The notes under the pieces are model-generated. The model saw only the letters and a program-made list of their open reading frames with translations, ran no database searches and was not told the origin of the DNA. This document shows positions 1 to 8,937 of a stretch of 64,000 nucleotides of DNA, piece after piece; position 1 is the first letter of the stretch, and every line of letters starts with the position of its first letter. Source of the DNA: Candidatus Neptunichlamydia sp. (GTDB taxonomy: Bacteria > Chlamydiota > Chlamydiia > Chlamydiales > Simkaniaceae); assembly GCA_965233865.1 (NCBI GenBank), contig OZ247587.1:1312001-1376000 (forward strand), in the 5' to 3' direction. Made by a program: the position numbers and the translations under genes.

Positions 1-16
1 AAAGAAAATATTTAGA

Positions 17-1459
17 TTAATTGGGGGAGAATGCTTCAAAAGCCTCGGAGTTGTCTTCGAGGTTTGCGCTATCTGTGGAGGTGTAGTTGGCAAATTGAGC
101 AAACTCTTTTCGGTAGGCAATATCGATGTTCCCCACTTTTCCATGACGGTTCTTTCCGATGATCACTTCGGCGAGGCCTGGCTTATCATAGGGATCGTAG
201 TACTCGCGGCGGAGGAGAAACATCACAATATCGGCATCTTGTTCAATTGCACCAGACTCCCGGAGGTCACTCATCATGGGGCGGTGTCCAGTTCTCTCTT
301 CAACTTTTCGTGAAAGTTGAGAGCCACAAAGGATAGGAATATTGAGTTCTCGTGCCAAATTTTTCATCATTCGGGAAATCTCAGAGATTTCACCCTGCCG
401 GTTATCGCTTCCAGAAAAACTATTGGATCCCGATAGAAGTTGGAGGTAGTCGATCACGAGAAATTGGATGTTATGGGCTTCTTTCATACGGCGCGCGCGT
501 GCGCGCAGGTCGGTAATTTTTAGACCGGGCTGATCGTCAATAATAACAGGGGTTTTTTGCATCTTGTTGATTGCCCCCACGACCCGTTGGTATTCTGAAC
601 CATTCAACGCTCCGGTTTGGATTTTTGAAGACTCTACTTCGGACTGGGAGCAGATCATTCGGTGCAAGAGTTGTTCGGCGCTCATTTCAAGGGAAAAAAC
701 ACCGACGGGCATTTGATGTTTGAAGGCAACATGCTCTGCGATATTGAGAGCAAAAGCGGTTTTTCCCATTCCAGGTCTACCGGCTAAGATAATGAGATTG
801 GAGTTGGAAAGGCCATTGATCGTTTTATCAAGATCTGTAAAGCCGGTTGGAATCCCTGTGAAGGCGAGAGCGTCTGGTCCTTTTTCAAGGAATGTTTCCT
901 GTCTTTCTTCAAGCTCCTTTAGGTAAGGGAGTCCTGATTCGGCTTTGACTCCTGAGATAATATCTTTGATGTGTTTTCCGGCTGCAGTGTTTGTTGCTTG
1001 GGAGATATGAAATAGGGTTGCTTGGGCATCATCGAGTGCACCATGAACATCCCCGGGTTCTTCTAGGGCAGTCTTTTCGATTTCTTGCGCTGCATAGATC
1101 ATGCGGCGCAGGATGGATTTATTTTTAATGAGCTCGACATATTCTTCGATGTAAGCAGATGTTCCGGCGTATTGTGCTAAAGTGGTGAGGTAACCGACTC
1201 CTCCGGTGCTATCGAGCTTTTCAAGCCGCTTAAGCTCTTCCGCAACTAAGTGGATATCGGCAGGTTTGTCATTTTTAAATAGCCCTTTAAGAACATCAAA
1301 AATAATCTGGTGTTCGGAGTAATAAAAATCAAGCGCTTGTAGAGCATCTGCAGAGACATTAAGGCTGTTTACTTTGGTGAGCATACATCCAAGAACCATC
1401 ATTTCTGATTCTTTGGAATTGGGGGCGACTTTGATCTTAGATTTTTCTTTTTCTTCCAT
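17..1459 (-). CDS. dnaB: Replicative DNA helicase
   Basis: Walker A AGRPGMGKT, FSLEMS, VIDYLQL, SQLSR and DLRESGAIEQDAD motifs. Confidence 0.98.
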   Translation of the reverse strand: MEEKEKSKIKVAPNSKESEMMVLGCMLTKVNSLNVSADALQALDFYYSEHQIIFDVLKGLFKNDKPADIHLVAEELKRLEKLDSTGGVGYLTTLAQYAGTSAYIEEYVELIKNKSILRRMIYAAQEIEKTALEEPGDVHGALDDAQATLFHISQATNTAAGKHIKDIISGVKAESGLPYLKELEERQETFLEKGPDALAFTGIPTGFTDLDKTINGLSNSNLIILAGRPGMGKTAFALNIAEHVAFKHQMPVGVFSLEMSAEQLLHRMICSQSEVESSKIQTGALNGSEYQRVVGAINKMQKTPVIIDDQPGLKITDLRARARRMKEAHNIQFLVIDYLQLLSGSNSFSGSDNRQGEISEISRMMKNLARELNIPILCGSQLSRKVEERTGHRPMMSDLRESGAIEQDADIVMFLLRREYYDPYDKPGLAEVIIGKNRHGKVGNIDIAYRKEFAQFANYTSTDSANLEDNSEAFEAFSPN

Positions 1460-1494
1460 AGCCTCAGTTTATCGACATTGCAAAAAAAACGGAA

Positions 1495-1521
1495 TAAAAA
1501 AGGGCTCCAAAACGGAGCCCT
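1495..1521 (-). terminator. Rho-independent terminator after tRNA-Ser
   Basis: Minus strand AGGGCTCC-GTTTT-GGAGCCCT perfect 8-bp stem followed by TTTTTA, just 3' of the tRNA. Confidence 0.8.
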
Positions 1522-1525
1522 GATA

Positions 1526-1612
1526 CGGAAAGGGAGGGATTCGAACCCTCGGTACCCTTGCAGATACGCGTCCTTAGCAGGGACGTGCCTTCGGCCACTC
1601 AGCCACCTTTCC
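1526..1612 (-). tRNA. tRNA-Ser(GCT), CCA not encoded
   Basis: GGAAAGG/CCTTTCC acceptor stem, anticodon arm CGTCC-CTGCTAA-GGACG, long variable arm, GGTTCGAATCC T-loop. Confidence 0.97.
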
Positions 1613-1654
1613 ATCTCTACAATAGAAAGGAGATTTTAGCGCACTTGGGGATTA

Positions 1655-2491
1655 TTATTCAATGAGGTTGGCGTGAGTTAGTTGTTTTCCATTGAGGGCA
1701 TTCCAATGAGAAGTGTGGAGGGAACCATCTGGATTTTGAACAGTGATGCTGTAAATCGGGAGAAAAACATCTCTTGTTGTTCGAATTGCAAAGTCAGATC
1801 CAAAGGCAGCTTCAGCTGCTTTTTTGATTTGAGAAGGGGTATAGCGGCGATTGAGTCTCTCACTATGCTTGGAGCTTTTAGTAACAAGAGGATCAGCAAT
1901 TAAAGTGGAAGGTCGGACATTTACAAGGGGATCATGGAGGTGAACGCGGTAGTGGTTTCCGTGTTGGACGACAAGCTTTTTCTTGCGGGCTCGATCGATC
2001 CATGCTTCGAAGAGATGGGTTTCCATATTAAGGGAGGTCATGAGGGTTTGTCTGTCCGCCTTGCCGCCATTTTCGGCAATAGTTGAAAGAATTTTATATT
2101 CATAGCGGTCTGCACCGGCGTTAATGCAATCGGCAAACCCATGAGTCTTTTCCCATGATCGGGTATCAAGGACCATTTCACCATCGATAAGATCCCACAG
2201 AATGATGCCCTCTTCGGTTTGGAAGCTTGGGTTGGTAAATTTGACTTCTATTAAGAGATAGGGATGAAAGCGCAACGAAGGTTCGCTATAGCGGTGCTCT
2301 GTATCTTTTAAAAGGGTGAGGCTCTCCTTCTCCATGATCTGCCGAGCTGTAAAGCGCGCTTCTAGGGTATGAAAAGTCCCGGTGTTGATCATTTCAAGAG
2401 CTTTGTGTTTTAGCTCAGGTTGGCTGTTATTGACGTAATAGGCGCCGTAACCGAGCGCCCCAAGGACAATGAGTGTTGATAAAAATCGCAT
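1655..2491 (-). CDS. Hypothetical membrane-anchored protein (start may be 2581)
   Basis: Long ORF with N-terminal hydrophobic anchor MRFLSTLIVLGALGYGAYYV; no recognised domain. Confidence 0.75.
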   Translation of the reverse strand: MRFLSTLIVLGALGYGAYYVNNSQPELKHKALEMINTGTFHTLEARFTARQIMEKESLTLLKDTEHRYSEPSLRFHPYLLIEVKFTNPSFQTEEGIILWDLIDGEMVLDTRSWEKTHGFADCINAGADRYEYKILSTIAENGGKADRQTLMTSLNMETHLFEAWIDRARKKKLVVQHGNHYRVHLHDPLVNVRPSTLIADPLVTKSSKHSERLNRRYTPSQIKKAAEAAFGSDFAIRTTRDVFLPIYSITVQNPDGSLHTSHWNALNGKQLTHANLIE

Positions 2492-2622
2492 AAAAATTCG
2501 TTTTGGAGATCGTTTGCCGCTACCGGTATAGCTTTTGGCGGGTTTTTTGTCCAAGTTAAGATTTTTTGAGGGATGGGTCATATAAGAGGGTCTCCATTTA
2601 CCCCCATATATAGTCAACTACC

Positions 2623-3429
2623 CTAATCTTTCCAATGACGGAGTTTCATCTGGAGCAGTGCGTAGGCTAGGAAAGGGTCTCGAACACTTGCACGGAGCGT
2701 TTTTCCAGGAAGAGAAACATCTAAGAATCCTTTCAGAAGAGCTGCTTCGAGTTCATTGACACTTAGAGTGATATTTAAAGCGATTGCTTTTGAAAAATCG
2801 CACTTTCTGTCTGATGGGTCTATCACTCTGCAAGCTAATACAGGGACTACAGTTGCCAGAATACCGCTATCAATTGCCATTGTTCCAAGGAGGAGAGAGT
2901 CGTCCACATGATAGCCCGTTTCTTCTTGGAGCTCTCGAGCTGCAGCAGTTCGAAGGGTTTCTCCCTCCCTGAGCAGCCCTTTTGGAAGTTCAAGTTCCCA
3001 GCTTCTGGTTGCATGACGGTAGTTAAGAATGAGGACCACTTTTCGATCGGCTAGGTAAGGAAAGAGCGCAATACCTGGTGGGGCTTCGAGTGTAGATTTC
3101 CAGAGAATTCTGTCGTAGGTTCCCTTTTCACCGGAGGGGAAAAGGACACCATCTCGTATCCAGAAGAGGTATTGGTCTTCAGCAATAATTCCCACTTGGC
3201 TCCACTCCCAAGCTTGCTCTGGAGGGACGCCCTTATTTATGAGGCGCTCCATTGCAATGGCTTCGGCTTCGTTGATGGAAAGAGGGTGGAGAAGAATTTC
3301 TATTTCACCTTTTTCATGATTTCCAATGATGCCGTGAGATTTAGGAGTGGAGGCTAGTAAATCAAAATATTTTTCTGAGGGTGAACCAAAGAGTGAACAT
3401 GAAAAAAACAGGAGGAGAATCAGTCGCAT
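2623..3429 (-). CDS. NUDIX hydrolase (ADP-ribose pyrophosphatase-like) with predicted signal peptide
   Basis: Nudix box GLLREGETLRTAAARELQEETGY, upstream YRHAT..WELELPKG; MRLILLLFFSCSLFG looks like a signal peptide; frame stays open upstream to 3618. Confidence 0.85.
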   Translation of the reverse strand: MRLILLLFFSCSLFGSPSEKYFDLLASTPKSHGIIGNHEKGEIEILLHPLSINEAEAIAMERLINKGVPPEQAWEWSQVGIIAEDQYLFWIRDGVLFPSGEKGTYDRILWKSTLEAPPGIALFPYLADRKVVLILNYRHATRSWELELPKGLLREGETLRTAAARELQEETGYHVDDSLLLGTMAIDSGILATVVPVLACRVIDPSDRKCDFSKAIALNITLSVNELEAALLKGFLDVSLPGKTLRASVRDPFLAYALLQMKLRHWKD

Positions 3430-3606
3430 AATGAGATCTCTCAGGGCTTGCATTAAGGGGACTCGCTCAGAAATTTTGCTTCTTTGCAGAAGTTTTTCTA
3501 GAGCATCGATATTTTTTTGGAATGTCTGAAAGGATTTTTGTAATGAGGACGAGAGACTTCCTCCCTCGAAAATACGGTCTAAATTCCATATCTTTTGAAA
3601 TTTCAT
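3430..3606 (-). pseudogene. N-terminal remnant of an M3B oligoendopeptidase F-like gene, in frame with the NUDIX gene
   Basis: MKFQKIWNLDRIFEGGSLSSSL resembles the W-(D/N)-L-D-x-(I/F)-F-x-G-G-S start of PepF/M3 oligoendopeptidases; no HEXXH or downstream body. Confidence 0.5.
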
Positions 3607-3672
3607 AGTTGCTCCCATACACTTCGGAGAACTATAGTAAGTTATCTAAACGGATCTTCTCAAGGAGAATCG

Positions 3673-5349
3673 ATGCCCATCCAAATTTTATCGGATCAAA
3701 CGATCAACAAAATTGCAGCCGGAGAAGTGGTTGAAAACCCCGCTTCTGTGGTCAAAGAGCTTGTTGAAAATGCACTTGATGCAAAGAGCACTTCAATTAC
3801 GATAGAAATTGAGCGAGGGGGGTTTTCTTTGATTCGTGTCAGTGATGATGGGTCTGGGATGAACCGAGATGATTTACTCCTAAGCTTAGAAAGGCACGCA
3901 ACATCAAAAATCCGCATTGCAGAGGATCTTGAAGAAGTATTGACCATGGGCTTTCGTGGGGAAGCTCTGGCCTCAATTGCAGCTATCTCAAAGACGAAGA
4001 TTGTCTCTGCTCAAAAAGGGCAGACCTTAGGTGGAGAAGTTGTTGCTGAAGGGGGGGGGATTCGGAGCATTGATCCTGCAGCTAGGAACGAGGGGACCAC
4101 TGTAGAAATAGCAATGCTGTTTTACAATGTTCCAGCAAGAAAGAAGTTTCAAAAGAGTCAGGGGGCATCTCTTAGAGAAATCACCAAGTTTTTAACACGA
4201 TTTGCATTGTCGCATCCGGAAATTCAGATCCGGTGTATAGCAGATGGAAAAGAAATCATTCATACTCTTCCGGGCTCTATTGAAGAGCGTTTAAAAGCTC
4301 TTTTGGGAGAGACATTTTTAAACCGGGCAAAAAAAGTGGAAAAAACAGACAACAGATGCTTTTTAAGTGGGTTTCTTGGATCACCTTTAGAGGCTCGCTC
4401 CAACCGGCTCGGTCAATACCTTTTTGTCAACGGAAGGTGTGTCTGTTGCCCACAAATTGCGCGCGCCATTTATGAGGGTTATGGAACGCGTCTTTCATCC
4501 CGTCTTCATCCCATTTTTGTTCTCCACCTCAAATTACCACCTGAGTGGATCGATGTGAATGTGCATCCCCAAAAGAGGGAAATTCGTTTAAGGGAAGAAG
4601 GTGTGATCCAAGAGGTAATTCGAAAAGGGGTCATGGAGTCTTTTCAAGGGAAGGAGCCGTCTAAAGAATACCCTAAAGGAAACTGGGACTTTGCAGCCCC
4701 TCTCAAGTTCCAGGAAAAAAAAGAATTTCTGCCTCCATCACTAGATTATGTTGAAGAACAGGTTGCAGTCATTGGTCTATTTGATCACTACTTAATTACG
4801 CATGGTTCTTCCTATTTTTCACTTCCAAACACGCTTGGTCCCTACAAAGGGGTTTTTCTGATCGATTTAAAGGGAGCATATGCACGTATTCTCTATGATC
4901 GATTTGTTAAAGAGGAAGTTCCTCCACTCCAAACTTTAATGATCCCCATAACTTTGGAGTTTCCTAAAAGTGAAGGAGATATTCTTAAAGGATATTTAGC
5001 AGAAATTCTAGGGATGGGAGTGGATCTTCGACCGTTTGGTGATTCAGCATTTATTATTGATGCGCTCTCTCCAGAGATTGAGGAGGAAATGGTTCAAGAG
5101 CTTTTAGAGGAGTTTATTGAAGTTCTAGATCAGAGCTTAACTGAAAAAATGAGACAAAAAAAACTTGCTTTCACGCTCTCTTCTTATGCAAGATCACAAA
5201 AAAAGGGATGGACGGTTGTTGAAGCCAAGCAGATGATAAAAGAGCTGATGAAAACAACCGCACCATATGATTGCCCTAAAGGAAAACCAACAGTTATTCA
5301 TTTAAACCATGACGCGATCGAAAACCTATTTCAAAAGCCGCCTTGCTAA
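3673..5349 (+). CDS. mutL: DNA mismatch repair protein MutL
   Basis: IAAGEVVENPASVVKELVENALDA, GFRGEALASI, DVNVHPQKRE; AGGAGA RBS before ATG 3673. Confidence 0.97.
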   Translation: MPIQILSDQTINKIAAGEVVENPASVVKELVENALDAKSTSITIEIERGGFSLIRVSDDGSGMNRDDLLLSLERHATSKIRIAEDLEEVLTMGFRGEALASIAAISKTKIVSAQKGQTLGGEVVAEGGGIRSIDPAARNEGTTVEIAMLFYNVPARKKFQKSQGASLREITKFLTRFALSHPEIQIRCIADGKEIIHTLPGSIEERLKALLGETFLNRAKKVEKTDNRCFLSGFLGSPLEARSNRLGQYLFVNGRCVCCPQIARAIYEGYGTRLSSRLHPIFVLHLKLPPEWIDVNVHPQKREIRLREEGVIQEVIRKGVMESFQGKEPSKEYPKGNWDFAAPLKFQEKKEFLPPSLDYVEEQVAVIGLFDHYLITHGSSYFSLPNTLGPYKGVFLIDLKGAYARILYDRFVKEEVPPLQTLMIPITLEFPKSEGDILKGYLAEILGMGVDLRPFGDSAFIIDALSPEIEEEMVQELLEEFIEVLDQSLTEKMRQKKLAFTLSSYARSQKKGWTVVEAKQMIKELMKTTAPYDCPKGKPTVIHLNHDAIENLFQKPPC

Positions 5350-6370
5350 GTTTCGGACTCACTTTTCCAAATGGGGTGTGGAAGGGTTTGTCATTGAAAA
5401 TCCGACGGATCTTGCATATTTTTCTGGGTTAAAGCTTTCCCGCGGGAGGCTTCTTGTTGGCCTTAAAACTGCAACATTTTTTGTGGATGGGAGATACAGG
5501 GAAATCGCCAAGAAAGGATCTCCTTACCCCGTCAAAAATCTTATGGAAAAAGATTTTAAAGAGTCTCTTAGGAAATTAAAGGAAGCGACAGTGTTTGGGT
5601 TCGATACCTCGTTGACTGTAGCGGCGCATCGAGAGCTAAAAAAAGCCTTTGTTAAGCAATTCCTTAAAGGGGTTGATCATCCCACGCTAGCTGTTCGGAT
5701 GATAAAAGACCAAAGTGAGTTGATCCTTCTTCAAAAAAGCGCAGACCTTCTTTGGAAAGGATTCCAGCATCTTCGAAAAAAACTAAAAGTTGGAATGCGA
5801 GAGAATGAGATTGCCCTCGAGTTTGAGTTTTATGTGAAAAAGTTGGGCGCAGAGGCTCTTTCTTTTGATCCGATCATTGCTTTTGGCGAAAATAGTGCTC
5901 TTCCTCACCATCATAGTGGGCAGAGAAAGCTCAAGCGGGGAGACTCTGTGTTAATGGATATGGGTGTTGTTTTGAATGGGTATGCCAGTGATATGACACG
6001 TATCGTTTTTTTTGGAGAGGTCCCCAAAAGAATCCAAGAGATTTATAAGGTAGTAAGGAAGGCTCATCAGGCGGTTATTGATGTTTGCAGAGCCGGAGTT
6101 CCTGTAGCTTTGCTTGATACCGTTGCTCGAGAAAGTATGGGAAAAGAAGAAAAGCACTTTATCCATGCCCTTGGACATGGTATAGGATTGGATGTGCACG
6201 AATCTCCTCGGATTTCTGCGCAGTCAATAGAAGAAACCCTTCAGGAGGGGATGGTGATTACTATTGAACCAGGCATATATCTTCCAAACATTGGAGGAAT
6301 TCGATATGAAGATATGGTTGTGATTACCAAGACAGGGTACCGAAACTTTTTTAAAAATACAAAGCCATGA
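5309..6370 (+). CDS. pepP: Xaa-Pro aminopeptidase (M24B)
   Basis: GYASDMTR, HALGHGIGLDVHE, TIEPGIY, GIRYED metal-ligand motifs. Confidence 0.93.
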   Translation: MTRSKTYFKSRLAKFRTHFSKWGVEGFVIENPTDLAYFSGLKLSRGRLLVGLKTATFFVDGRYREIAKKGSPYPVKNLMEKDFKESLRKLKEATVFGFDTSLTVAAHRELKKAFVKQFLKGVDHPTLAVRMIKDQSELILLQKSADLLWKGFQHLRKKLKVGMRENEIALEFEFYVKKLGAEALSFDPIIAFGENSALPHHHSGQRKLKRGDSVLMDMGVVLNGYASDMTRIVFFGEVPKRIQEIYKVVRKAHQAVIDVCRAGVPVALLDTVARESMGKEEKHFIHALGHGIGLDVHESPRISAQSIEETLQEGMVITIEPGIYLPNIGGIRYEDMVVITKTGYRNFFKNTKP

Positions 6371-8874
6371 GCCTACGTTATCGATTATTTCTTTGGGTGG
6401 CAGCAATCTTTACTGTTGCTTTTGTTATCTCCTTATATTGGGAAGAAAATGCAACACGAAAGAATTTAGAGGTAACTTACAAGGAGCTTCTGGTTCAGCT
6501 CGATCAAGCCAATCAGCAAAAGACAGATGCTATTGAGGATTATCTTTCAGATATGCTCTTTAAAATACAAGCTGAGGTCGATGCTGTTCTGCTGGGAGTT
6601 GCAAAGTACCAACTCGTACGGAAAGGGTTTGAGCCGACAACAAAAAACCTTTTAGAAAATAATTGGCTTGATTCTGCTTCGCTTATGATTACAAACAAGT
6701 GGATTGACTTCATTCAGAGTACAAACGAAGGGAGTTTGATGTCTGAGGTCATCATCAATAAGAATTCTCTAAGTGACTCAATTCATATTCCAATAAATAG
6801 CGGATTTCATCTCGTTGGAATTAGAAATGGAGAGAATAGAGAGGAATGGGATGGTCCTTATATCGGGATTGCTTTGGATATTAGTTCTCTTCATGGTGAG
6901 GAGAAAAAGGATAAAGAATCAGACGAAGACTATTTTGTTTTTTTTACTAGGCAAGCGATGGAAAGCTTTAAATACGATCACACATCTAACAAAAGCCTAG
7001 ATTTGTCCATTAATCTCTTAGAGCCTTTTCTCAAGTGGCTCGAACTCACTACTCAACAGTTTTACCTTAAAAATTTTATCGACAAAATCATGTCCGTACA
7101 AAAAAAGATTCGGGAAAACCCAGAGGTTATTCCAAGTGAATCAGAGTGGCACAGGATTGTTAGCGATAAGTTAAAGTCCCTTCAAAAAAGAGAAATGATT
7201 GATGAAACCTGTTTCAGCCTAATGGAAGATGATGCGGACATTAATGAAACATATTCTCGAAGTAAAGTGGTTGAAAAACAGGTGAAGTTCTACGTCAAGG
7301 AGTATATCGACCATTACAACAAGGTAGGATTGATTTGGGGATTATCAACCCTGACAAACTCTAATATTTTTGGAAAAACTCCTCTGAGTGAGCACTCTCC
7401 GATAGGGATGGGGGTGGTGGATGATGAGACGCATTGCGGGAAATCTCTTTTGAGTGATTCTGTGTTTTACGATAAGGTGGTATACCCTGCTCGGAAAGAA
7501 ATCAAGGGGATGAAAAACGCAACGCCTGAATTTTTAGCGACCCATTTAGATGTGATTTCCCTTCCTGAAAAGCATCATGTTTTTTTTGGAAATACACTTC
7601 GTTTAGAAGCGGAAGAAAATGGCCAAAGTCGAGAAGGATATTTGACAGTTGGGACTCATGGTGGAGAAGTTTTAGGATCTCTTTCAAGATCAACGCACCA
7701 ACCAGCCCTTTTTATCTCTGATAACAAAGTGATTGCGGTGACAGATGCTTTAGGAAAGGAAGTGACCGAGCTAGCCTGGTACGACATTTCACCTGAAAAG
7801 CTCCTTTCTGGAGCTTCAGGAATCATAACGATAAAAGGAGAAGAATATTTTTTTCTCCATATTGAGCCTTATAAAAGTTTAGACGTACATTTCTTCCTCT
7901 TTAAGCCGAAGGCTGAAGAGTATGCTCTTATTAATTCTATCCGAAAAGAGGCAAAAGAGATTATCGAGAAGATTTCGATGCAGATGCGCCTTGCTTCGAT
8001 TGCGGGTCTCCTCTTTGTACTGGTCCTGCTTAATAATATTGCAAAACGGATTACGCGCCCTATTACACATCTAGCAGAGGTGACAAAAACTGTTGTGGAA
8101 GGAAAGTTAGATGCAATTGAAATTCCTGATGAACCTAAGAAAAAGACAAAAGATGAAATCTATTCACTGTATCATTCATTTTTTGAAATGATAAAAGGGC
8201 TTCGAGAAAAAGAAAAAGTACGAGGAATCTTAAATAAAGTTGTCTCTGAGGAAATTGCAGAGGAAGCGTTAAAAGGGAATATTCAGCTTGGAGGAGAAGA
8301 GAAGAGAGCTACAGTTCTCTTTGCAGATATTCGAGGGTTTAGTGAAATGACTGAAAAAATGGATCCAAAAGAAGTTATTAATCTGATCAATACATGCATG
8401 ACAAAAGTTTCCGAAAAAATTGACGCACACGGTGGTGTAATTGATAAGTATGTTGGGGATGAAGTGATGGCGCTTTTTGGTGCTCCTATTGAGAAACCTA
8501 AAAGCGCCCTTCAAGCGATTCAAAGCGCTTTGGATATGGTGGATGAAATCAATAAATGGAATCTTGAAAGAAAGCAGCAAGGGCTTCAAGTCATTGAAAT
8601 GGGAATAGGCATTCATACTGGGAATGTCGTTGCAGGAAATATGGGTGCTGACAATCGTTTGAACTATACTGTTTTGGGAGCTAACGTGAATTTGGCTGCG
8701 CGGATTTGCTCTGAGGCCGAAAGGATGCAGGTTCTTATTAGCGAAAGCACATTAGAAGCTGAAGGGGTTAAAACTAATATCGAATACGAAAAACTTGAGG
8801 CGATGCAACTCAAAGGGTTTACTGATCCGATTGCGGTCTATTCTGTAAAATCATACAGAATGGAGCGGCACTGA
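6367..8874 (+). CDS. Membrane-bound class III adenylate cyclase (TM - extracytoplasmic domain - TM - HAMP - cyclase)
   Basis: Two TM helices, HAMP-like ITRPITHL..DEIYSL, catalytic FADIRGFS, IDKYVGDE, GIGIHTG, NYTVLGANVNLAAR. Confidence 0.92.
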   Translation: MSLRYRLFLWVAAIFTVAFVISLYWEENATRKNLEVTYKELLVQLDQANQQKTDAIEDYLSDMLFKIQAEVDAVLLGVAKYQLVRKGFEPTTKNLLENNWLDSASLMITNKWIDFIQSTNEGSLMSEVIINKNSLSDSIHIPINSGFHLVGIRNGENREEWDGPYIGIALDISSLHGEEKKDKESDEDYFVFFTRQAMESFKYDHTSNKSLDLSINLLEPFLKWLELTTQQFYLKNFIDKIMSVQKKIRENPEVIPSESEWHRIVSDKLKSLQKREMIDETCFSLMEDDADINETYSRSKVVEKQVKFYVKEYIDHYNKVGLIWGLSTLTNSNIFGKTPLSEHSPIGMGVVDDETHCGKSLLSDSVFYDKVVYPARKEIKGMKNATPEFLATHLDVISLPEKHHVFFGNTLRLEAEENGQSREGYLTVGTHGGEVLGSLSRSTHQPALFISDNKVIAVTDALGKEVTELAWYDISPEKLLSGASGIITIKGEEYFFLHIEPYKSLDVHFFLFKPKAEEYALINSIRKEAKEIIEKISMQMRLASIAGLLFVLVLLNNIAKRITRPITHLAEVTKTVVEGKLDAIEIPDEPKKKTKDEIYSLYHSFFEMIKGLREKEKVRGILNKVVSEEIAEEALKGNIQLGGEEKRATVLFADIRGFSEMTEKMDPKEVINLINTCMTKVSEKIDAHGGVIDKYVGDEVMALFGAPIEKPKSALQAIQSALDMVDEINKWNLERKQQGLQVIEMGIGIHTGNVVAGNMGADNRLNYTVLGANVNLAARICSEAERMQVLISESTLEAEGVKTNIEYEKLEAMQLKGFTDPIAVYSVKSYRMERH

Positions 8875-8937
8875 TAGCGATTCCCTATTGTAATCACACT
8901 TCGCAGATGTAGGCGCTTAGTAAATCAGATGAGATTT

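Noticed and set aside
1399..1614. 71-aa ORF
   Set aside because: It is the tRNA-Ser gene and its terminator read as codons
1495..1660. tRNA as an island integration site
   Set aside because: No integrase and no duplicated tRNA 3' end seen in the window
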